A DNA stretch of 63,652 bases, filler included, from Hyphochytrium catenoides (lineage: Eukaryota; Protista; Hyphochytriomycota), in assembly GCA_900088475.1 (NCBI GenBank). It is 7 parts of 7 records of this genome, joined end to end, with 100 filler letters (N's around TTAATTAATTAA, not from the genome) between each part and the next. Parts side by side here need not be neighbours in the genome. Positions count along the whole stretch, not along the records: positions 1 to 25,642 come from FLMG01003811.1; positions 25,743 to 37,081 come from FLMG01004451.1; 5 more parts are not named here. One strand, 5' to 3'. Positions 24,583 to 37,181 of this stretch are shown here, in pieces. The translations under genes were made by a program, and so were the position numbers. The notes beneath the pieces are model-generated. The model was not told where the DNA came from, did not search any database, and saw only the letters and a program-made list of their open reading frames with translations. The stretch's first letter is position 1. The number at the start of each line of letters is the position of its first letter.

Positions 24583-25642
24583 CGATGCTGCGCTAGTTGA
24601 AAGACCAATGTAAAGATAATCCCAATTGGCCACCAACAGTCTTCAAGGATGGCTGCCAACCTTTCAAGAAAATTGTGCCCTGCGAAGTATCTAAAACCTA
24701 TGTAGAGTCCTGTGAGGAATCGCTCGTCCTGCCATCCTAGGAGAATAGACTTTCGGTTCTTGATTACACTGCTACTTGCCAAGCACACTCATGAGGATCA
24801 GCATTGATGCTTCTGCAGGGACTGCCTCTCAAGTGTCAGCAGGCAGCGGGGAGATGAGGACCAGATCAGTGATGATGATGGAGAGCAGCAACAGTGCGAA
24901 GTGAGGAGGATGCGGTAGGGGACTGAGGAGGTCCGAGAGTCTCCAGTTTTGTCTTCGATCTGCAGAATATCAAGCGCGAACTTAGAGGAAGAGAGACTCA
25001 CTAGAAACGGCAACAGCACTGATGTCAATAAAGGCAAGACAAGACGAGACAGAGCGTGATATAACGGCTGTTTGTGCCATAGTCCTCATAGGGTTCAGTC
25101 AATAGAGCGAGTAAGTGAGAGATATTTTAGAAAGATGTCCGAAGTTGGGCATGAGAAGAACCGAGGATTGTGGGGATTCTGATGGGCGGACATATTAATA
25201 ATTTGACCGAGATACCTGCCTATATTCTTAATACCAAATCCTCCATAGTGGGAGCTGGTCCGGATATGACCGTCCCTTATATAAAGGTTAAAGGCCAGTG
25301 GGGCTATAAGTAACAGATATCAGATGACAAGAGCAGCCATGATGTCCCTTCGACACACGCCTTAGCCCCTCTTCTCACCTTGACCAGTTCTTCACACTTG
25401 GAACGGGCAAAGAGAGAGAGAGAGACAGAGAAAGAAGTGTGACAGACAGAGGGGGACCATCATAATAGATAGAGACAGAGATAAAGAGACAGAGTGCGGA
25501 TGAGAGACAGAGCCAAGGGTCAAGAGAAGCAACACGAGAGAGACACAGAAAGAGGAAGAGAGAGAGACAGAAAAGGCGTTGTAGAAAGGAGAGAGAAAGA
25601 GAGAGAGGAGAGAGAAACTCACCGATGGAGGGAGAGGCACTT

Positions 25643-25742
25643 NNNNNNNNNNNNNNNNNNNNNNNNNNNNNNNNNNNNNNNNNNNNTTAATTAATTAANN
25701 NNNNNNNNNNNNNNNNNNNNNNNNNNNNNNNNNNNNNNNNNN
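25643..25742. other. Artificial contig-join spacer (N44-TTAATTAATTAA-N44); same spacer at 37082-37181, 39259-39358, 57645-57744, 58886-58985 and 62491-62590
   Basis: An identical 100-bp construct occurs six times. TTAATTAATTAA gives stops in all six frames, as used when concatenating unplaced contigs. Confidence 0.95.
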
Positions 25743-25743
25743 C

Positions 25744-25814
25744 TTGGATCTCCAACACAATCGTCTCCAGGCAATCCCACCGAGCATCATGCGCGCAGTC
25801 ATGGAGATGGAAAG
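25744..25814 (+). CDS. Isolated exon with one leucine-rich repeat (partial gene at contig start)
   Basis: LDLQHNRLQAIPPSI matches the LRR consensus LxLxxNxLxxIPxxI and is followed by a GT donor. Confidence 0.5.
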
Positions 25815-26096
25815 GTCTCTCTCTCTTTCTATGTTCTCTCTCTCTCACTCTTCCGCTCTCCTCCATGCTTAGCGGGTAGAATTGCTACAATCTGTCTTTG
25901 TGTCCTCTTTTTGTCCTTCTTGCTCTTACTCTCTCTCTCTCTCTTCTGGCAGTCCTTCTTTCACTTATATTCTCCTTAGCTCAGCATCGTCTCTCCATTT
26001 TTGTTTCTCCGTCCACCTACGATGACTCAGGTAGCCTCTCTCCTCCTTCCTATCCGTAGTCATCACCTCATCCTCACACTCCTCTGACTGCCGGGG

Positions 26097-26165
<69 letters not shown>

Positions 26166-26637
26166 TCCCTCCCTGTCTCTCCTCTGCTCTCACTCCCGCT
26201 CTCTCCTATCTCACGGCAGTCGCTGGCCAGCTCCTCTCGCTCTCCTCTTCTCAACCTTCTCTCCCTCTCTCATCTCCTTAAGCTGCTGAAGAGAGCTTCT
26301 AGGAAAGTAGTTTTCGCGTGTCTCTCTTTTTCTCTCTCTCTTTCAGTACTCCTACCGATCCTTCTCTCCTATTAGGATGTGGACCNNNNNNNNNNNNNNN
26401 NNNNNNNNNNNNNNNNNNNNNNNNNNNNNNNNNNNNNNTCTCTCTCTCCTTCTCCTTCTCTCTCTCCCTCTCTTTCTTTTTCTCTCTCTCTCTCTCTCTC
26501 TCTTCTTCTCTCTCTCTCTCTCTTTTTCTTTCTGTCTTTCTTTTGTTCCCTTTCTCTCTCTCGCTCTCTCTCTTTCTCTCTCTCCCTCTTTATTTCGCTC
26601 TCATTGTGTACCTTCCTAATACCTTCCTCTCTCCAGC

Positions 26638-27831
26638 CCTTCAAAAGGAAACCGAGAAGCTCATGATCCGCTCATCCTCGCCAAAGAAAGAAGAAAAGAG
26701 GACTGCCAAGCTGGTAAAGCAACAGTCCCTAGGAAGACACAGTGTCTAGTGAATACTGTCTCATGAATAGAAGGAAAATGGAACGGTTGCGACAGTGGGC
26801 AGCAAGAAAAAGGAGAGAAAAGGAGAGAGGGATGAGCGAGTTATTTCCATACCCTGGTCCTTCTCTGATTTGTCTCTCGTCTCCTTCTTCTCTCTCTTTC
26901 CCTCTCTTCTCTCTCTCTCTCTCTCGTTTCTCCCTCTCTCTCTCTCTCTTTAGGTTTCGATAAAGGATGAGCATCAGCGGCTCATTCAGGACGTTGAGCG
27001 CCTGGAGAAGCAGAACGAACAGCTCAAGGAGAAGTTAGAAAGAGTCCAAGAGCAAGCAACCCGCGCTCTGGGAGAGAGAAGCAGATTGAACGAGGAAAGA
27101 GAGTCGTCAAGAAAGTAAGCTTGACGATCTCTCTTGCACCTGTGATCCCAAAAGCTTACCTCCTCCCTCATTCGCCTCTCCCACTCCTTTCTCTCCCTCT
27201 CTCTCTCTTCTTGTCGCTTTCTTTCCCTCTTTGCTAACCCTCTCCGTCCTTGACCAATCCCTAGGAGCGGGGAGGAAACAGATTTAGCGGTAAATCGCCT
27301 CAAGAAACAGTTGGAGGAGGCAGAGGTAGCTTCTTTCAGTCCTTCCTGCCTTTGGGTTAACAACGAAGGCGTCCTTTACTTTCTTATCCTCGGCTCTCTT
27401 CCTGCGTTCGTCTCTCTCTCGGCTTCTGATCGCAGATGGTTGCCCTCTCCCTCGGCCCTTCAGCTTTATTTGTGACAAGAGCAGATTGCCACCTTCTTTT
27501 GCTACGTCTTTCTTTATCATATGCCCGTCATCTGTCTCTCTGTCCCTCTCTCTCTCCCTTTTCAGTACTCTCTCCCTCCTGGTCTTCTCCCCTCCTCCAG
27601 GGCCTCTCCACTCACTTATCGCTCTTGTCCGCAACCTTTTAGGACAAACTTCGTCGGTACGAGAGCAAAGCAAAGGAGAGCGCTGAGCACATCTCCCAGT
27701 CCAAGCAGTTCCAGCAGCTGAAGAAGATGTTAGCACAGAAAAACGAGCAGCTCTTAGCCGCAAGGAAGATCATCCAAAGATATGACCCAAAGGCGTTGGA
27801 CGACATCGCGCATGAGGAAGATGATGACTAA
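26638..27831 (+). CDS. LZTFL1: LZTFL1/BBS17 homolog, 3' exons (5' part not resolved)
   Basis: Exons give ...KRTAKL|VSIKDEHQRLIQDVERLEKQNEQLKEKLERVQEQATRALGERSRL... and a terminal SQSKQFQQLKKMLAQKNEQLLAARKIIQRYDP...*. These match the LZTFL1 coiled coil and its conserved C-terminus (QQTAAYRNMKEILTKKNDQIKDLRKRLAQYEP in human, from memory). Confidence 0.8.
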
Positions 27832-28154
27832 GAGGGACCCAAGTTCCCTATCAACGTGGAAGCGAGAGCCAGACAGAGAGAAAGAGAGATATCATCTCAT
27901 GCGGAGGGAGAGACTAGCTCAGAGGGAAGAGAAGGCATTGGTAGCTCCTTATTAAGCATCAATTTGAGGCTTTTCATCAGCAAATTGAGACAGTTATGGT
28001 AACCCCATGATGCAGCCAAACGAAAGCTAGTGAAGAAAGAGTGACAGAAGCCACAGTGATAGTGCTGGCAGGCCAGAAGAGAGAGATATGAAGGGGAAGA
28101 GAGAGACATGAGGAAGGCATGGGTTGGGCCTAAGCAGTCTGGCAGACTTGACGT

Positions 28155-31100
28155 TTATCCGGTGACCATCATCAGTCCTGAAAGAGCCAGGATAGAGAGA
28201 GTAACAGAGAAGAGAAACTGTCCTAGCGTCCATCCTAGATGCGCCATAATGGCCGCCGCTAACCCGGCGAGGAACTGAGTAAACGTATAGGAGAATAAGA
28301 ACACCGAGAGAACTGCGAGGACGTTCAATAACCGCGCGATGCCATCCAAAGGTGCACTTGCGTCGTCTATTGCAAGAGAGGAATAACGACGAATCCGGGC
28401 AGGGCAGATGAGGAGGGAAAGTCAGTCACGAGAAACAGTGGGGTCACAGGGACTAAGGACTTCGCTAGTAGCCTCCTTGTAGAATATTACCGTCTTCCTG
28501 GTTACCTCTCCCTCTCTCCTTCTTTTTCCAGAGTCTATCTTCAAGGCCCCTGTGGATCTCATATCGTCTAGCACCGGCCCAGGACCTATTTCAGTGCCTT
28601 CATAACCCCTCAATGTTTCCCCCGTCAGCTATGGCAAGCCCAGTAGTCATGACAAATAAGGAGAGATAGCAGCAGGTCTAACCTGGAGGATGGTCAGCCA
28701 GTCCCTTTAGAAAGACTTTTCTGCACTCTCTAATCTGCTCCTTCCGCGACTGCTTGGGGTCCGGGACAAATGACGGACAGAATCGAATGGTAGCCTGAGA
28801 TGAATGGATAACGAGTGGTCCGAAAGTTAGCGATGAGAACGAGTCTGCCTGGTTAACAGCCTTTCCCATGTTCTTGACCATGCCTAGAGAGAGCCTGACT
28901 CCTTACCTTCCCAGTCGCAGTAAAGAAGCGGTTCCTGGGCCAGAGTTCGTACGCCCCAAAGATCAGTGCGGGTGTGATCGGGATCCCCGTGTCCTCACGC
29001 AGATGGAAAGGACCCTTTTTGAAGGGCAGAAGCTAGAAGGACAGCGTACGATGGGGTCGAGGGTAGTAAGATAAAGTTAGCAACTGCATCAAGAAAGAGC
29101 ATTTGCAATGGCAAACAGGAGATCTTGACAGAGGAAGGCGCAGAAGAAGTGCTTTCTCTTAAGGCACCTTAAGTTCAGCCAATTGTTGCTCTCTCCTCCG
29201 TCTTACTGGGCTGCCCCTTTCGTACCTGCCCACTCTTGCTCCTTGTTCCCTCAGGAGAAATCCCAATAGATCGACCCCACGTTTGCACCGAGTTCTGCGC
29301 TCTTCTCAGAGAGAGAATTGCTTTTTTCCTATTGGTTCTATCGATAGGAAGACTGCCAAAGGTCCAGCGGGCAGTCCAGCCAACAAATGGGATCATGAAG
29401 AGAGAGAGCTTGCCTATAAGCTACGATACAATAGCGACGGGCATTGTTAGAGCTTTCCAGTGCTTAGCATCGAGGCTGGAGGGCGAACATTGACTGTATA
29501 AGCCTTCTGCGGAGGATGACGCTCATCAGCGAAGAGCTAGTCTGCTCTAAGTGTCTCTAGCTATTCTTCCCTTCTTCTGTTCTCTTCGCTATTGGCTGGT
29601 GCACTCTTAGCGCCCTTTACATGATGAGTTTAGCTCATCTCACCTTTGTTACGACTGGAGACTTCGCGAGCAATATGAGAGGGTCACAGTTGGAGGCGTG
29701 GCTGGAAAGAGGAAAGTATTATAAAGACGTGTAAGACGCCGATTAAGAAACCATGTCCGAGATGGCAACATGCCAGGTTTGAACATTTGAGAAGAGAGAG
29801 AGAGGATTTGAGAAGGCATTGTAGAGGGAGAAGGTGGTCTACCTGAAGAAGACGATGGTGGAGCCCTTCGTAGCGCGGAACTCCTCGACCCCTTCCGCCG
29901 TAGAGTGGACTCCGGCCACGGCCATCAAGCCCGCAGTATAGAACCACTGGGAACGGGAGAAGAAGAAGTCCATCACCAAGCGTGTAACAGAGAACGGTGC
30001 AATTGGGGTGAGACCAAGAAAAGTAGGAACGTCTAGAGCTGGAAGCACTCTCGGATGACCAAGAAAAGGAAAGAAAAGCGATCACTCATAGGAGACAAGA
30101 GAGACACGAAATGGCTGAGAGACAAGCTTAGACGCACGTTGTAAGGTAGAAGTAGAGGTGACCGTCGGAGGAGGACTACCATAAGAGAGAGAGAGCAAAG
30201 GAAGGAAGAGAAGGGCGGACATAGAAGGTCTCCGCCGTTCGTGAGGTGTAGATACTAAGAGATAGGCTGTCCACCGTTAGACCCGGTGATTGTGACGTAT
30301 GAGAGAGGCTCAACGTGAAGATAGAGAGGTAAGCGACGTTACGGAAACAGAAAAGAGTGAAAGGAGAAAGTAAGAAGTGTTTCCGCACCTGCATAAAGTC
30401 CAAAGGCAGATAGTTATTGGGAACGCCCAACCTTCTTAGCAGCGGGTGGAGCCAACGCAATGGGGTGAGAAAGAAGAAAGCCACCATTGAAAGGAAGAAC
30501 CATAGAAAGAATGCTGCCAGTCGGAAGATCTGAAGGGGAGATAAAAAGGGCGAGAGAGAGAGAGAGAGAGAGAGGCACGTGAGGTTTTGTCCTAAGTGCA
30601 GAAAGTATTGAGATGGGCGACGTTATTGACAATCAACAGAAGTAGCGTAGCAGAAGAAGAATATGTCAACTATGGACAGAAGCTCTCGGTCAAGAAAGTT
30701 GAAAAAGGCCGAGCCTCCCGTAGGAGCAAGAGAAGGAGATGAAAGGTGTTTGAGACTCCATTTGCACTGCGTTTTCTAGGACAACGCCCGGCTCTGGAGG
30801 CTAGGTAAATTGTGGAATAAAGAAGTCACACCAAGGAAAATGAAGAACGAGGCGAACCTGGAGAGAGGGAGAAGGAAGGCAGAGAGGAAACCATAGAGAA
30901 GAGGAGAGACTGGAGAGAGAAGGAGCAAAAACAGCGGGAGGGAAGAACTAAGAGGCAGTGTAAAGAGGAGCACAGAGGAGCCCTTCACGCTGCCGCTAGA
31001 AAGAAAGAAAGAAAGAAAGGCTCAGCAAGCAAGACAGGCTCAGCAAGCACGGAAGAAGAAGAGTACGTACCGACCACAGCATTTCTAGAGGCGAAGGCTT

Positions 31101-31343
31101 AGCAACTCCTTCGAGCTGGAGGTGCTGGTCCCTGATCGCCTGACATTCAGACAGCGCCTTTTGAACCTCATTTGGCGCTTTCTCCGGTCCTCCTGCAGGG
31201 TAAGAGCGTCCGCATCGGGTCAGTATGTATAGCAAAGCAAGAGAACTACTGACTTTGACGGAGAGAGTCCGCGACCATCCTCTTAGCTTAAAGACGTTCT
31301 TCTCGTCGTTCTTAAACCTATCTTTCTATACTTTATGATTGCA

Positions 31344-31387
<44 letters not shown>

Positions 31388-31640
31388 CTCTCTGTTTGTC
31401 TCTCGCTCTCGTCTTTTCCTTTCTTGACGATCGTTTCCTTGCATGCTTACCTGCCTCTTCGACACGGTCCTCCAGGCTCATGATAAGGAGTTCATTCTTA
31501 TAGTGGGCGAGACGGCGCAGGTTGTTCCGTGCGATGCGGTTGGGATTCGTCTTGATCTCCTGCAGCTTCTGCTGGACCTCTCGTTGCAGTTGTTCCTCTT
31601 CTTCCCGCCTCTTCTCTTTGGGGGAAACCTCGGAAGACAT
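28155..31640 (-). CDS. 1-acyl-sn-glycerol-3-phosphate acyltransferase (PlsC/AGPAT family), multi-exon
   Basis: Motif I HASNCD (~29680-29700), motif II PIDRTNRKKA, motif III ISPEGTRSKSG, then LLPFKKGPFHL...IPITPALIFG. There are N-terminal and C-terminal hydrophobic segments. Exon boundaries at both ends are approximate. Confidence 0.9.
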
Positions 31641-32656
31641 CACGACTGTTTTTCACGACTCTCTCTCCCACTTTCTCCACACGCTCTCTCTTTCTTTCTC
31701 TCTTTCTTTCTCTCACCCTCTCTTCTTGTACTCCCTATCTTCAGGATTATGTTGTTCTCAGTTCTTACTGAGAGAGAGCCCTGCCGATCCTCAGGTTTCT
31801 CTTTGAGAAATGTTGCTTCTCCGTCTTTCAGCGCTTGCTAAGGAAAGAGAAAAGCTTATCAAATGCCGAGCATGCGCTCTCTTCACTCCACGAAAGAGGA
31901 GAGAGTGAGTTGACCTGTCATCGGTCATAGAGAATCGAAGAGGCAGCGAGAGGAAGTGGTTGCACAGAAGAAAGGGAGAGAAAAAGAGAGAGAGAGAGAG
32001 AGGGAGAAAGAGAGCGAAAAGAGAGAGAGACAGAGACAGACAGAGCACGGAGAAACACAGACAGAGAAACAAAGAGAGAGAGAAAATACAGCGAAAACAG
32101 ACAGAAGGGACAAAGAGAGAGAGAGTAATAGATATGGAGAGAGCCCAGACAGAATAGAGAAACAGAGAGCGAGAGAGACAAGTGAGAAATAGACAGAGAG
32201 CAGAGAGAGAGAGAAAACCTGGTGAGATTTTGACGTAAAAGACAGACAAGAGGCATCGAGACAGAGTGACATCATCTATGGGACTTAACGCGTAAGGCAA
32301 GAGTGAGATAAGACACCCTTGTGGCAATGCATATTATGTGGGAAAGGAACGGGTTCTATTATTGATACAATTTCCATACAATTAGTATAGGACTTCTACT
32401 TGTAACATCAATCCAACAATCGCCGCCGCTGCCCTTTGTTGACCGCGCGCCAAGTTGCCGCGCCTGGGTCATAGACAGCGCGGGCTGAAGAGCACAGAAG
32501 ATAAAAGAATGAGATACAGCGGCCTTGGTCTTGGGGAAAGAGAGCGTGCCAATGAAGAAGAAGGAATCTGCTTCGAATCTAGTTCTATTGACCCTGCTGC
32601 GGCAGAAAGAAGGAGCTTGGTTCGAAAGGTGGAACCGTGTGGGCTTTCTATTTTCT

Positions 32657-33901
32657 CTAAGGCTGGTTGAACCGTCTTTGACTATCGGCTGAGCCATTCT
32701 CTGGAGGCGGAGGTCTATCAGACGAGGCGGTACCGTCTTCCTCGGGAATGTAAGACAACTGCTTTGTGAGATACGTGGGTGCATACCGTTTAGCCTCCGC
32801 GCGAGCGGTCGGCTCTCCTCCTTGGAGAGAGACAAAGTGCGCATAAGCTTCTTCATCGTGCAGGGAAGTGAAGGATGTCGAGCCCTCAGAAGACGAGACG
32901 GAGAACCGGTCCCGGGTTATAGTCTTCTTATGGAGAGGGAGCGAGAACCGACTATCATCTGCTACAAGCTCTTCTGAGAGGTGCCTTGGCTTCTCACTCA
33001 GATTTCTTTTTCTTCTCGCATACCAGACAGAGAGCCATATCACCGCGACGGCTACCAGCAGAGTTCCTACTATAACCAAGGCAATCCCGAGAGCGCTAGC
33101 TATCCAGCTCCCACCATCTTCAGCTTGTGCTTGCTGGGTCGATGCGGGCCGTGCTACGGGCGGGGAGGAAGGAACCCTGGTGGCAGGAGCACCGGTTTCC
33201 GGAGGAGAGCTGGAAGATGGGGACGTAGACGGGCTAGTCGTGGATGTGGAAGTGGTGAAGGCTCTGAAACAGCTTACTGGTGTTTCTGTAAAGCCCAGAT
33301 CGTTGATGAACTCAGTCCGGCACTCATCTCTCTGTTCAGTCCTATAGTTTGGCAGGGGAGTCCTCGCAAAGAGCGCCGTGAAAGCTGAGTTTTCGTTAGC
33401 AGTGAATGAAGCATTAGTAGAGCGAAAAGCTCCACAGCTTAGCTCCTTTCCAGCCTTGGTCTTAAGCCTGAGGCCTTCTATAAAAGAACCGGCACTGACT
33501 GTGTAAGAGACTACGTAATCACCATCTTCTAAAGTCAAGCTTGCCGTCTGCGTGGTGGATTCTAGGCCGGGAAGTATGATGCCTCGCTTCACATCCTCGT
33601 TGCCTTCACCCTTGTAAGAGAGAGCAACCTGAGCTAGCAATCCTTGCAGAGCCTGGTCGACATCTGGCCGACCTTCTTTGTACCACGTGCAAGAGAAAGA
33701 AGAAAAGAAGCGAGTCGAAAAGGCGGTGCTGTCGTCTAAGGTCTGAACAGGGCCTACAAACCTAGCACATCTGCTTCCTGAGGCTCCGTATTGGACCGGA
33801 GAGCGGTTGCACTGTGCCCATGACTGTGTAAGTGTCACGGAAAGCACAGCAACAAAGAGAAGCAAGGCACTGAGGCGCTGTGTTAGCAGTGGGCTTGACA
33901 T
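32657..33901 (-). CDS. Type-I membrane protein: signal peptide, jacalin-like lectin domain, S/T/P-rich stalk, TM helix, cytoplasmic tail
   Basis: Single-exon 414-aa ORF with a hydrophobic N-terminus. LTLEDGDYVVSYTVSAGSFIEGLRLKTKAGKELSCG...FTALFAR resembles jacalin beta-prism repeats. TM helix WIASALGIALVIVGTLLVAVAVIWLSVWY is followed by ARRKR. Confidence 0.75.
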   Translation of the reverse strand: MSSPLLTQRLSALLLFVAVLSVTLTQSWAQCNRSPVQYGASGSRCARFVGPVQTLDDSTAFSTRFFSSFSCTWYKEGRPDVDQALQGLLAQVALSYKGEGNEDVKRGIILPGLESTTQTASLTLEDGDYVVSYTVSAGSFIEGLRLKTKAGKELSCGAFRSTNASFTANENSAFTALFARTPLPNYRTEQRDECRTEFINDLGFTETPVSCFRAFTTSTSTTSPSTSPSSSSPPETGAPATRVPSSPPVARPASTQQAQAEDGGSWIASALGIALVIVGTLLVAVAVIWLSVWYARRKRNLSEKPRHLSEELVADDSRFSLPLHKKTITRDRFSVSSSEGSTSFTSLHDEEAYAHFVSLQGGEPTARAEAKRYAPTYLTKQLSYIPEEDGTASSDRPPPPENGSADSQRRFNQP

Positions 33902-36900
33902 CTTTGCGGCTTTACCTAAGGGTCATTTGCCGCGCTGTGTAGCCGCGGTTTGGGCGATTGCCCTGCTTCCTCTGCGAAAAGTCAGAAAGTGATCATCATC
34001 AGAATGCGGCAGCGTGAGCAGTGGGCAAGAAGGGGGAAGCAAGAAGAGAAGATGCGACCCTCGACACACTGATTGCTGATCAATGTGTCCATGGTCCAGC
34101 GCCTCCTGACCCCTGATGGTTGGTGTCTTTCTGTGAGCGATGCTTCATAGAATGAAGCCTAGAGGAGCACTGGGCGGACTTTGGCCATGCAGAACCGACA
34201 GTGAGCAGGAGGAAAATATGGCAGCAGCCCCAACTCTTTCAGTTCCAGAGAGAAGGGACAAAAAGAAGACAGAGAGAGACCCAGAAGAGGAGTAAGAGAG
34301 ATAAGAGGAGAGAGAGAGAGAGAGGAGGGAGAGAGAGAGAGAGAGGAGAGAGAGGAGAGAGAGAGAGAGCGAGAGAGAAAACTGAAAGCAACAGGTAACA
34401 GGTATGTTAGAGAGCCAGAAGAGGAACCATCATGATGAGAAACGAACCAGAGAACCACTCCAAGAACCACCGTCAGCGATGATGGAGAGAGATGTTGGGA
34501 AAGAGACAGCGACAAGAGAGAAGCTGAGAGAGAGAGAGACAGAGACAGAAAGGGAAGAGAGACGCACCAACATAATGCTCCCTGCACTAATGATGAGGGA
34601 GAGAGACAGCACGATCGAGACAGATCGAGACAGAGAGACACAAGCAAAGTGGAAAAGGCGTTGAGACGTGTGAGAGATATGGAGAGATGTTTGTTCCCTT
34701 ATCTGTAATGGACAGCCCAAAAGAAGGCGCCCCAACCCTCGCTCTATTCCGTACCTTTGCTTATTCGCTCTTCTATGACCAAAATAGAACACCTAAAATA
34801 ATTTACCACAACCGCCCCACTGCTATTCTACAGTATTTTCTAATAAGAGGAGGTGCACCAATTTAGGATTCCTGGTTATTGGTACAAGTACATTCCAGAA
34901 GACACAGCAAAGATCCTGCAAGATCAATCCCTTTTAGGTTTTATTAGTTACTGGAGCATTTAATTTAGAACGGACAGCTTCAACAGTACGAGTAGTGGGT
35001 CGCGTACTTTTGCACTCGGTAAGACTGTCCTACGCTCCTACCCTAACTTTGCTAACCTACAAAGGCCGGTAAAAAAAAGGAACTCCTTATTTTCTGGTAC
35101 AAACAGTTCTCTGACAATAATATTCGGCTAGACAAGATTTAGGACAAGTTGAGGTCTCCCTTTATAGGCCATAAGATTCTAGCGATAGTGGAACTGTCAC
35201 CTGAGAGCCTTTACGCATGTGTGGTGCCACTACAAAGTGAAGGAAAAAGCTCTCCTAGCACTGTTTGATCATATACATGTTGTATGGTTATTCTAGGCCC
35301 AAGTCCTAAATCTGTACAAAATAGACAGGCAGGTTCTATTCGGATGTCTGCATCTTCACACTTCATTTGTAATCGACGACTACTACGGTGAACAGGCCTG
35401 CCATCGTTAGCTCATACATCCGTCTCTCTCCTCTCGAATGCCGTCTCTCTTCACTCTGTCTTCTATTGAAAATAGCTACTCTGTCTCATTTAACATCAGG
35501 GACGCAAATCTTCTGTCTTCATTCTCCTTCTTCTTATAATCTTCATTCTCCTTCTTCATCTTCCTCATCGCACCTCGTCCAGAACCCTTCTTCCCTTCCT
35601 GCTATTCTTGGTTGTCCGCCGTTCTCCAACACCTTCTTTCTACCTATGGCTCTCTTCGAGCGCTGTCTCTCTTCACCTCTCGCTCTTTTCTCAGTGACTA
35701 CTCTCCGCGCTGCTCCAATCTCTCTGCTTCTTCTTCCGCTGTTCCTACCTGAATGCACTTCTTCACCACTTATACGTAACCTTTCCTCACCCCCATTCGC
35801 CGACTCGTTATTACTATGGGGAACGACAGGAGTCTTCGAATCCACTGTCACGAGTGCATAATAGTTCTATGTTCTATGTGACCACCACCATCCAGCAAAG
35901 ATAGAAAGGGAAGAGCTACTTAATGTCAGGCTCCCAGTTGAATCAATGGAGTTGTTGCACACGCCCCCCGACCAGCACTTGTTACGTTTAGATTGCTGAG
36001 AGCATCACCTTCTATAAAGATGTCAGTAGGTGACCGAACGGCACAACTTACCAGCTACTCTTTCTTCGGGCCAGGTTAATCAACAGCTAACCAGAGAAGA
36101 GGCGGTGAGGCTGCGGAACAGGCACACCACAAGAGATGTAAAAGTGAGGCCAGTGTAGGCTCCCTTTGGTGACGCCCAATCTTTCTTCGGCCGTCTTACT
36201 TGTACTTGTAACGCCCTCTGAAGTTTGGTGTGTCCTTGCTAGATGTCATCGATGATGAGGAACACCGTCTCTTGATTACTTTGCACTGTAGGGGGGAGAA
36301 GTAATGCTTGACTTGCTTAGCAGGACATAACGACTGTGAGTCCCAGGACCGTCGTCTTCAGGTTGACTGACGGGAGCAGCAGAAAGTGAAGTCTATTTTT
36401 CTAGAGATTAGAAGGAAGGGTAATGAGAAAACATAGCAGTAGACAAGTACTACCACTGTTGTACAGGTATAAGTGCCCTCCTCTACTTACAGAAGCTCAT
36501 TGCCAGTACTGGCCCGGTAATGACCATTGTCGGCGCCGTCGTCATAGAATCCTGAGACCATCACATGATGGTTATGTAACATGTCCACACCCGCGTCAAT
36601 CCTCCTCCTCCTGCTGCATCCGTGTTCCCACGACAAGGTCTCCATACTCAGCCACTTTAAAAACCGCGCCTCATATTTCATCATATTGCCGTCGATGTTG
36701 AAGTGCAGACTTTCCTCGTCAACACGATGACAGAGCCAGCAAAACTTTGGAAGAAGTAAGATTTGTCGTCCCGAAGAAGAACTAAAGAAAGCCAAAGAAG
36801 ATAGAAGAACTAGGATTGCAAGAAGCACAACAGACGGGAAGAAGATCAAGGCCTATGCCTTTCAAAGTACTGTAACTGTACTAAGGTAAGGGTAACCAGC

Positions 36901-37181
36901 TTTTTATAAACGTCCGTAGAGATTTACAATAAACATCTGCCAGTCCTACAAGTACCAATGATCTGTCGTGGAAGAAGGGCAAAAAGGGTGAGATTTGGAA
37001 ACTTATTATAAATAACTATTACTTAGTCATCAAATCCAAGTAGTACTTAGTTGCGATCCAAATGTTCTGTCGGACTAAGCTNNNNNNNNNNNNNNNNNNN
37101 NNNNNNNNNNNNNNNNNNNNNNNNNTTAATTAATTAANNNNNNNNNNNNNNNNNNNNNNNNNNNNNNNNNNNNNNNNNNNN

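Noticed and set aside
25687-25698. Recurrent palindrome TTAATTAATTAA as a biological motif
   Set aside because: It is always centred in exactly 44+44 Ns, so it is an artificial six-frame stop spacer.
18613-27831. BBS7-LZTFL1 physical gene cluster
   Set aside because: An artificial contig join at 25643-25742 lies between them, so linkage is unsupported.
36235-36275. Walker-B-like TVFLIIDDI on the minus strand (possible second, decayed STAND gene)
   Set aside because: No Walker A or other NB-ARC motif was found at suitable spacing, and the match is too short to support.
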